A stretch of 64,000 nucleotides of DNA from Blastocatellia bacterium. GTDB taxonomy: Bacteria; Acidobacteriota; Blastocatellia; UBA7656. Location of the stretch: contig DATFXM010000058.1 in assembly GCA_035315885.1 (NCBI GenBank), positions 10,317-74,316 on the forward strand, given 5' to 3'. The number at the start of each line of letters is the position of its first letter. Positions within the stretch are counted from its first letter, which is position 1. A model generated the notes under the pieces. It searched no databases. It saw nothing but the letters and a program-made list of their open reading frames with translations, and was not told where the DNA came from. The position numbers and the translations under genes are program-made. Shown in pieces: positions 57,411 through 64,000 of this stretch.

Positions 57411-59159
57411 AGAAAACACTTCGCGTTCTTCGCCAAGCTCTCGCGCAGACGGAGTGATTATCGTCTTTGAGCTAATGCGGATCTTCTGTTTCGCGGCGAT
57501 CGCCGTCTTTACATCCTCTTCGCAGACAAAATCGTAAACCCGCCCGTTCGCGAAGCCATTCGAGGCTCCCGCTACATTCGAGGGCTCATTGTGAGCCGGA
57601 CGCGGTTCGGCCGGAGTTGAACCGCTATGAGGCGGTGATGCCGCAGCGGCGCTCGACGATTCTGAAACGAGCTCCCGTACCGTCTGCTGTTGGTGCTGAT
57701 GCACCTGGCGCTCTGCGAGGAAACGGTCCACTAGCGCGGTGATTGCCGCCCTGTTTACACGCCCTCCGGTTTCTGCCGCCACTTGCACGCGCTCAACCGC
57801 CGCAGCCTGGTTGACCGGTTTGGTCTCGAATGCGATGCGTTTTACGTCGACGAGGTGCCGCGGAGAGATATTGTCAGAAGTGACGTTTCCTCCCCACGAG
57901 CCGCAACCCAGAGTCATAGACGGCTCGAGCTCGGTCGTGAATCCAATCGCACCCAGCGTGGACGGGCTGTTAACTACAACCCTCGACGCCGGCATCAACA
58001 GCCCGAATTCTTTTGCGGCCTCCCGGCTCTGAGTGTGAATCGAAGCCGTGTGCCCCATTCCTCCGTACCTCAGAATCTGTGCGCATCGCTCCGCACCCTC
58101 ACCCAGTCCATCGACAACATAGTAGGCCAGTATCGGCGACAGCTTCTCCATCGAGAGAGGGTGGTCCCGGCCGACGCCGGTCAACTGACATATCATCGCT
58201 CGAGTACCGTCCGGCAGAGTGATGCCGGCCATCCCAGCGATTATGCTCGCGCTCTTTCCAACTATTTTGGGGTTCAGAGTGTTAGTGCCGGTTGCCACCA
58301 CCTTTGTAAGAGCTGCCTGCTGCTCTTCATTTAAGAAGTAAGCACCTTCAGCGGCGAGTCGTTCGCGTACCTGCGCATCAAGCTGCCGGTCAACCACAAT
58401 CGCCTGCTCCGAAGAACAAATGGTTCCGTTGTCGAAGCACTTGCCTGTGAGAATGTCCTTTACGGCCTTCTGCACATTGGCTGTACGTTCGATCATTGCC
58501 GGCACGTTGCCAGGGCCAACTCCAAAAGCGGGTTTCCCCGAGGAATATGCCGCGCGAACCAGACCGATTCCGCCGGTTGCGAGAATCAAGGCGGTTCGTT
58601 TGTGCTTCATCAACTCCTGGGTTCCCTCGATGGTTGCGATAGTCATCGACCCGATTGATCCGGCTGGCAAACCCGCAGCTTCCCCCGCCTCGCGCATCAC
58701 ACGCGCTGTTTCGTTGATGCAGTTTGCGGCGGCCGGATGCGGGCTCAGCACCACGGCATCGCCGGCCTTTATCGCAATCAGTATTTTGAATATTGCGGTC
58801 GAAGTCGGATTAGTTGAGGGAATGATGGCTGCGACGACGCCGCGCGGCGAGGCTACATCAACCACATTTTCCGTTTCGCGAAGAATGCCTACGGTGCGAA
58901 TGGGTTTAATAAAGTTGTATATCTGTTCTGCGGAGAATCGATTTTTTGTTGCTTTATCGGCTGAGTTGCCGTAGCCGGTTTCGAGGTGGGCAATCTCTCC
59001 AAGCCTGAAAGCCTGCTCGGAGGCGACTCGCGCCATCGCGCCAACGATCTCGTCGATCTTTTCCTGAGAGAACGTCGCAAGGGTCTTCTGTGCCTGGTAG
59101 GCGCGCTCCACCAGTTCACGAGCCTGTTCGATCGACTGAGCGTCCTTGTCACTGCTCAT
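57402..59159 (-). CDS. Acylating (CoA-dependent) aldehyde dehydrogenase, EutE/PduP-like, with a ~130-aa C-terminal extension
   Basis: [17 protein letters not shown], catalytic Cys context [11 protein letters not shown]. Tail: an Ala/Ser/Pro-rich linker, then [38 protein letters not shown]. Confidence 0.85.
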   Translation of the reverse strand: MSSDKDAQSIEQARELVERAYQAQKTLATFSQEKIDEIVGAMARVASEQAFRLGEIAHLETGYGNSADKATKNRFSAEQIYNFIKPIRTVGILRETENVVDVASPRGVVAAIIPSTNPTSTAIFKILIAIKAGDAVVLSPHPAAANCINETARVMREAGEAAGLPAGSIGSMTIATIEGTQELMKHKRTALILATGGIGLVRAAYSSGKPAFGVGPGNVPAMIERTANVQKAVKDILTGKCFDNGTICSSEQAIVVDRQLDAQVRERLAAEGAYFLNEEQQAALTKVVATGTNTLNPKIVGKSASIIAGMAGITLPDGTRAMICQLTGVGRDHPLSMEKLSPILAYYVVDGLGEGAERCAQILRYGGMGHTASIHTQSREAAKEFGLLMPASRVVVNSPSTLGAIGFTTELEPSMTLGCGSWGGNVTSDNISPRHLVDVKRIAFETKPVNQAAAVERVQVAAETGGRVNRAAITALVDRFLAERQVHQHQQQTVRELVSESSSAAAASPPHSGSTPAEPRPAHNEPSNVAGASNGFANGRVYDFVCEEDVKTAIAAKQKIRISSKTIITPSARELGEEREVFSKF

Positions 59160-59168
59160 AAGAACTAA

Positions 59169-59263
59169 GTTCTGACTTCTGAGTCCTGAGTTCTGAGTAG
59201 TGAAATTCTCGAGTTCCGCTTTGCCTGCAAGCGCACTAAGAACTCAGGACTCAGAACTAGAAC
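59169..59263. repeat. Family-S element between the BMC shell gene and the aldehyde dehydrogenase gene
   Basis: GTTCTGA CTTCTGA GTCCTGA GTTCTGA GTAGTGA (59169-59203), and TAAGAAC TCAGGAC TCAGAAC TAGAACT (59237-59263), which abuts the shell-gene stop at 59264-66. Confidence 0.9.
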
Positions 59264-59653
59264 TTACTTAACTCGCTCTTTGCTTGGCTGCAGGGGACGC
59301 TTGCCGTCCTCAGGATTGCCGGCTCCCAGTTGGCCTCGCGCGCTGCCAGATGCAATCTGGTAATTCGCACTGACGATACCGCTGGATTCGAGGACCTGCT
59401 CCAGTTCGCGGTGAGGGCGAGGAATCACGTGCACGCTCACGAGTTCTCCAACCCGGCGCGCGGCGGCTGCGCCTGCATCGGTAGCAGCTTTCACCGCGCC
59501 TACGTCACCCCTCACAAGGACCGTCACGTAGCCTGCACCAATATACTCACGCCCGACGAGCACCACATTGGCGGCCTTCACCATCGCGTCAGCCGCCTCC
59601 ACTGCGCCAACGAACCCCTTAGTCTCTATCATGCCCAGGGCTTCCATGTTCAT
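59264..59653 (-). CDS. Bacterial microcompartment shell protein, BMC-H (PduA/EutM/CcmK fold) with C-terminal tail
   Basis: [30 protein letters not shown]......[21 protein letters not shown] is the canonical BMC (PF00936-type) sequence. Confidence 0.92.
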   Translation of the reverse strand: MNMEALGMIETKGFVGAVEAADAMVKAANVVLVGREYIGAGYVTVLVRGDVGAVKAATDAGAAAARRVGELVSVHVIPRPHRELEQVLESSGIVSANYQIASGSARGQLGAGNPEDGKRPLQPSKERVK

Positions 59654-59821
59654 TTATGCCTAACCTCCAGATTGGTCGCGCTCACCCAACACAGCGATTG
59701 TCAGTTCAGCGCGTTTACGAGGCGAATTATCTTAGGTGACTACTGTAAGCGCCAAACTAACAAAAGGCTTCTAGCGAGTCAAGCATGGGGTCTGCACAAC
59801 ATTGACGCAAAGAATCGCGAA

Positions 59822-59950
59822 GACGGTTTCGGGTTTACGGTTCAGGGTTTAGGGTTCGTCAGATAAAAGACTCGGATTGGCAGCAATGCTCGACAAAAGA
59901 CTACTGAATCAAACGAACCCGAAACCGTAAACCCAAAACCCTAAACCGTC
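59822..59950. repeat. Family-T element in the divergent BMC/rodZ region
   Basis: GACGGTTTCGGGTTTACGGTTCAGGGTTTAGGGTTCGTC (59822-59860) pairs with AACGAACCCGAAACCGTAAACCCAAAACCCTAAACCGTC (59912-59950). Confidence 0.85.
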
Positions 59951-60108
59951 TTTGCGGGTCCACTGGCTATGTGCTGCGCAAAACGTTGATGCGGCAATGC
60001 TTGACACCGCCGCGGTCTGACCTTAACATCTCGAACTTGAGCGGGGCCATCCTTTCTACCCCCACGATGAGTGTACTTAATGCAGTCAATGAGAGGTGAG
60101 TTCGGCTG

Positions 60109-61206
60109 ATGCCGACACTTGGTGAAGAGCTCAAACGACTGCGCGAACAGCGCGGCATTTCGCTTGCCGAAATCTCCGAAGCGACTCGAATAGGCACGCG
60201 CTTTTTGAAGGCCATCGAGACCGATAATTTCTCTGTCTTGCCGGGAGGCATCTTCACTCGGTCGTTCATTCGGACGTTTGCAAAGCAAGTCGGAATGGAT
60301 GAAGAACAGGCCATCCTGAAGTATCAGCAGCAAGCCGCCGGAGTCACTCTCGAAGCAGTCCCGTCAATAGAATCAAGCAAGCAGTCAGAAGCGCCGGAAC
60401 AACCTTCCCACCCGGTGAAACCGGCACCGCCAGTTGCTCCGTCCGCCTCGAAGGCTGCCCGCGAGAAGCGTTCTACAGGAGAGAAACAGACACCCAAAAT
60501 AGCGCCCAAACCGGTTGAGGAACCCAAGACGAAAGCCGCTCGACAAGCCAGTGAACCGGGCAAGCCGCGAGCGTACCGTTCTTCGAGCTCAACCAAGCCT
60601 TCGAGCTCAAGCAAGCCGCCCCAGGTGTTCGTTAATCAGAGTGGGCCTCCGAGGAGCTGGTCGCGGACGGTTATAGCTGCCGCAATTCTGCTGTTCGTTG
60701 GCGCCGCCGTTTACACGTTGGTCAAGCAGCTCAACAGAGCGACCTTCGACTCGAAGGGCACTACGACAGTCGTGGAATCCGCATCGAAAAACGCGGGGAC
60801 ATCCCAGAGCCCGAAGCCCGATGTGACTCGGTCCGTTTCTCAAGCCGATAAGTCGTCTAGCACTGCGGCGCCATCAACTACGAAAGTGGAGCCACAGCCG
60901 TCGCCTCAACCCTCATCAGCAAGCAGCTCGGGGGATGACAAGCTCGTGGTGAAGCTTATGGCCTCCAGCGGTGATAGCTGGATCAGGTATCAGGTTGACG
61001 ATTCAAGTCCGATGACGATGACGTTGCGACAAGGGCAGACGCAGGAAATCCCGCCGGCATTGAACCAAATCAAGTTGAACTACGGAGACCGAATGGTATT
61101 GAAGCTCACTATAAACAATCGTGAAGCGACGTTTCCGGCGGATACACCGAAATTCGGCTCACAGATTGTTATCTCTCGAGATAATTTGAAGTCATTCTTT
61201 CAGTAG
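60109..61206 (+). CDS. rodZ: RodZ-like cytoskeleton protein (HTH, TM, DUF4115)
   Basis: N-terminal HTH LGEELKRLREQRGISLAEISEATRIGTRFLKAIE. Pro/Ser/Lys-rich linker, one TM helix, and a C-terminal domain DSWIRYQVD.. Confidence 0.8.
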   Translation: MPTLGEELKRLREQRGISLAEISEATRIGTRFLKAIETDNFSVLPGGIFTRSFIRTFAKQVGMDEEQAILKYQQQAAGVTLEAVPSIESSKQSEAPEQPSHPVKPAPPVAPSASKAAREKRSTGEKQTPKIAPKPVEEPKTKAARQASEPGKPRAYRSSSSTKPSSSSKPPQVFVNQSGPPRSWSRTVIAAAILLFVGAAVYTLVKQLNRATFDSKGTTTVVESASKNAGTSQSPKPDVTRSVSQADKSSSTAAPSTTKVEPQPSPQPSSASSSGDDKLVVKLMASSGDSWIRYQVDDSSPMTMTLRQGQTQEIPPALNQIKLNYGDRMVLKLTINNREATFPADTPKFGSQIVISRDNLKSFFQ

Positions 61207-61234
61207 GCAGTAGGCAGTATGCAGTCTGCAGTAG
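61200..61234. repeat. Family-Q array (5 units) between convergent genes
   Basis: TCAGTAG GCAGTAG GCAGTAT GCAGTCT GCAGTAG. The rodZ TAG (61204-06) is inside the first unit. Confidence 0.85.
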
Positions 61235-61254
61235 CTGCTGCGCGTGCTCGGGGT

Positions 61255-61749
61255 TCAAAGATTTCTGACCATCAGATATCCGTCGTCGCCGCTTGTGTAG
61301 TAGCGTGGCATGCGGCGAATGATCTTGTAGCCGAGTCCCAGATACAATTTCTGAGCAACCTCGTTTGTCGTCCTGACCTCGAGCCTCACGCTTTTTATGG
61401 AGCGGCGCAGAAAACCTTGTTCGACCTCGTGCATAAGGGTGCGGCCGAGACCACGGCGCCGGTGGGTAGGTGAGACGCCGAGTGCTACGACGTGTCCGGT
61501 CTCGTCAGGTTCGATCATTCCGATGACGAAGGCAAGCATTTCGTGGTCAGGTGAAACCGCCTTGTAGCACACTGACTGCGCGTGAGAGAGAAGGTAGCGA
61601 ATCGTTTCTCGGTCGTACGCTTCCCCGTCGGAGAAGCAGCGCTGGTCAAGTCGCCAGCACTCGTTGAGATCGCCGTGTCCCATCTCGAGGACGATAGGCT
61701 CCATGAATGCAGGTTGATTGGTCCTGTCCTTACGACGTTTTGGCCACAT
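61255..61749 (-). CDS. GNAT-family N-acetyltransferase (RimI-like)
   Basis: Acetyl-CoA motif VALGVSPTHRRRGLGRTLM. 164 aa. Confidence 0.8.
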   Translation of the reverse strand: MWPKRRKDRTNQPAFMEPIVLEMGHGDLNECWRLDQRCFSDGEAYDRETIRYLLSHAQSVCYKAVSPDHEMLAFVIGMIEPDETGHVVALGVSPTHRRRGLGRTLMHEVEQGFLRRSIKSVRLEVRTTNEVAQKLYLGLGYKIIRRMPRYYTSGDDGYLMVRNL

Positions 61750-61835
61750 GCATCGAACCAGCTTATGGTCAGATCTACGTGCATATTATACGTCACCGCG
61801 TAGAAGATTACAGAGAAGAAAGTGAAACGCAGATT

Positions 61836-61976
61836 CGGTTTCGGGTTTCGGGTTTAGGGTTTTGGGTTTGCTTTATTCAGCATCCTCATTACGCGGTTTG
61901 CCCATCGATCCAAATCGTTAACCATAGCAATCCCCGCCACCCGAACCCGAAACTCGAAACCCTAAACCCGAAACCG
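61836..61976. repeat. Family-T element in a divergent region. It contains a canonical G-quadruplex motif.
   Basis: CGGTTTCGGGTTTCGGGTTTAGGGTTTTGGGTTTG (61836-61870) pairs with CCCGAACCCGAAACTCGAAACCCTAAACCCGAAACCG (61940-61976). GGGN4GGGN4GGGN4GGG lies at 61843-61866. Confidence 0.88.
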
Positions 61977-62062
61977 TATACCCGGATCGCTTGTAAGCCT
62001 TCACATTTTTCTTTTAATATCTGCGCTTTCTAAAGTTGGTTATTTCAGGACAAGGAGCATAG

Positions 62063-63247
62063 ATGCTTATAGCAAAGCGCGTCGCTGTGCTCGCGACTCT
62101 ACTGACGGCGTTCTCGGGTATTGCCGGCTGCAACAACTCGCGGTCTACCTCGAATCAGACAAGGCAGGCAGATGGACAATCCACCAAAAGCGCCAAATGG
62201 ATTGCCCAGTATCGATCTCCCCTTACAACAGGACTGACCGGACCAAATCTCACCTCCTACTTCTACAGCGGAATATCAGTAGTAAATCAGAACGTGGTGT
62301 TTGTCTGTGGCGACATGCCCGCCGGCAAGAACAGCGACGAACGAATCGGCGTCGTCCTCAAGACCGTCGACGGCGGTCAGAAGTGGTCTGAAAGCACGAT
62401 GCATGCGCCCGGCATGTCCATCACCACCCTCAACGGGATTCATTTTATCAACGAAAATATGGGCTGGCTCGTAGGCGCCGAAGGGTCCGAAGACTCTCGA
62501 AGCGGAGTTGTTCTCAAAACAACCGATGGCGGAACCAGCTGGTCCGCCGCGCGCCTCGTCGGAAAACAGATTCCAACCACAGTTCTTTTCACCGACGAGA
62601 ACACCGGCTTCATAGGCGGCGCGACTCCGCCGCCCGGTGAGGATGTGGGCGAAGGAGGGCCAAGCGCGATACTCGGAACAACCGACGGCGGCAAAACCTG
62701 GCAGCCTCAGATAAATCTCTCAATATCGATGTACGACCTGTACTTTCTGGACAAGATGAACGGATGGGCCTCCGGTTCCAAAGGCAGCATCTACCATACA
62801 AACGATGGGGGAAGAACCTGGAACTCGCAGCGCACGGAAATTGAGACCGGCGAGTCCATCGTCGTCCCCGGCACCGAAGGCTCGAAACTGTTTCGTGTGT
62901 TGGGCGTTCAGTTCACTGATCCCGACCACGGCTTTGCCGCGGCGGCCGCCGAGGAAGAAGACGCAGGCAGGCTTCTGGCGACGACAAACGGTGGTGTGTC
63001 CTGGACCAGACAATGGGTGAAGCCCGACTCTGGGATCCGAGATACTTTCTTTCTGAATCGAGATGAAGGATGGGCAGTAACCGAGCGAGGTTCTTTTGTC
63101 TATCACACGGTTGATGGCGGCCGAACCTGGCTCAGCGAGCAGGAGGTGTTCGAACAGGAGTGTACGCTTGTTCGGATTGGCGCGGCAGACGCGTCACACG
63201 TTTGGGCTGTAGGTGCCAGCGCTGTTTTTTTTCGGGTTAGCGATTGA
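62063..63247 (+). CDS. Lipoprotein with BNR/Asp-box repeats (Ycf48-like beta-propeller)
   Basis: Lipobox FSGIAGC. Six S/T-x-D-G-G-x-T/S-W motifs (TVDGGQKW, TTDGGTSW, TTDGGKTW, TNDGGRTW, TTNGGVSW, TVDGGRTW). Confidence 0.85.
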   Translation: MLIAKRVAVLATLLTAFSGIAGCNNSRSTSNQTRQADGQSTKSAKWIAQYRSPLTTGLTGPNLTSYFYSGISVVNQNVVFVCGDMPAGKNSDERIGVVLKTVDGGQKWSESTMHAPGMSITTLNGIHFINENMGWLVGAEGSEDSRSGVVLKTTDGGTSWSAARLVGKQIPTTVLFTDENTGFIGGATPPPGEDVGEGGPSAILGTTDGGKTWQPQINLSISMYDLYFLDKMNGWASGSKGSIYHTNDGGRTWNSQRTEIETGESIVVPGTEGSKLFRVLGVQFTDPDHGFAAAAAEEEDAGRLLATTNGGVSWTRQWVKPDSGIRDTFFLNRDEGWAVTERGSFVYHTVDGGRTWLSEQEVFEQECTLVRIGAADASHVWAVGASAVFFRVSD

Positions 63248-63267
63248 GCTCCGCAGAGGAGGTGTCT

Positions 63268-64000
63268 GTGCGCTTTCGACGAGAACCTCGGCTACGGTTT
63301 CTTGCACTACTGGTGGTCTGTTCTGCTGGACTGGTCTCGGAGGGCGAGGCCTATGCCCCACAAAAGAAGGGCAAGGCGGTAAGAGATCAACCATCAAGGC
63401 CGGCAAGTGTCGCACCGACGCCTCGAGAGGTGATCGGGTTTACTCCCGGAGACGATCGTAAGCTTGCGTCCTGGGCTCAGACCGTCGACTACTTCAGCAA
63501 GCTGGCGAAGGCAAGCGATCGGGTCTCGCTCGACGTGCTGGGCAAGACCACTCTGGGAAGACCCTTTGTGGTGGCGACGATCTCTTCCCCTTCAAACCTG
63601 TCCCGGCTGTCATACTTCAAAGAAATTCAGCGCAAGCTCGCCGACCCGCGAACCATCGGTTCGGATGATTCAAAGGCCGAGTCGCTGATCGCCGACGGCC
63701 GCACGATCGTTCTGATCACCTGCGGTATTCACTCTACAGAAGTCGGTGGGCCGCTCGCGTCAATGAACATCGCCTATAAGCTCGCGTCCGATGATTCGCC
63801 CGAGACTCGCGAGATTCTGGATCGTTGCATAATCCTGCTGGTTCCCTCGTTGAATCCAGACGGCGTGGACATCGTAAAAACATGGTACGACAAGACCCTG
63901 AATACCCAAGCCGAAGGCACCAGCCCGCCCGAGCTATATCACCACTATACCGGCCACGATAACAATCGTGACTGGTACGCGTTCACTCAAGTAGAGACTC
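63268..64000 (+). CDS. M14-family zinc carboxypeptidase, 3'-partial (runs off the window)
   Basis: Not in the ORF track, because it has no stop. GTG 63268 follows GGAGG. Signal peptide RFLALLVVCSAGLVSEGEAYA. Zinc motif context ITCGIHSTEVGG, then LVPSLNPDG..HHYTGHDNNRDW. Confidence 0.75.
   Translation, partial: MRFRREPRLRFLALLVVCSAGLVSEGEAYAPQKKGKAVRDQPSRPASVAPTPREVIGFTPGDDRKLASWAQTVDYFSKLAKASDRVSLDVLGKTTLGRPFVVATISSPSNLSRLSYFKEIQRKLADPRTIGSDDSKAESLIADGRTIVLITCGIHSTEVGGPLASMNIAYKLASDDSPETREILDRCIILLVPSLNPDGVDIVKTWYDKTLNTQAEGTSPPELYHHYTGHDNNRDWYAFTQVET

Overview
This 64-kb window is a moderately GC-rich bacterial chromosomal segment. Gene content suggests Acidobacteriota (DUF885, TPR-TlpA fusion, B-box membrane protein, carboxypeptidase-regulatory-like and TMTC-like TPR proteins), but that is inference only. 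I support about 56 protein genes, mostly housekeeping or envelope-related:
- proC, cysK, an aroD-aroE fusion, hisS, aspS, lon and nrdR
- a nuoA-H-J-K-L-M-N operon that encodes only the complex I membrane arm
- an ECF sigma/anti-sigma envelope cluster
- a large secreted S8 peptidase, several peptidoglycan enzymes, and a two-gene microcompartment (BMC shell + acylating aldehyde dehydrogenase) module

I found no rRNA, tRNA, CRISPR array, transposase or integrase.

The main points of interest are:
1. About 16 intergenic regions hold inverted pairs of tandem 7- or 8-nt arrays in four families: GTTCTGA, GCAGTAG, telomere-like GGGTTTA/C, and GAGGAGAT. Their units carry stop codons, and the real stop codons of many genes lie inside or directly against them.
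2. An AhpE-like peroxiredoxin gene has an in-frame TGA exactly at the peroxidatic Cys position, making it a candidate selenoprotein.
3. Four translationally coupled genes (DUF1460 amidase-like, GT2, DUF4922 HIT/GalT-like, SpoIID-like) form a cluster, and none has a recognisable export signal.
4. The BMC locus is minimal and is bracketed and interrupted by the repeat elements.
5. GGGTTGCG-type palindromic (REP/MITE-like) modules flank a TMTC-like gene.

All functional calls come from motifs read in the translated ORFs; no database search was run.
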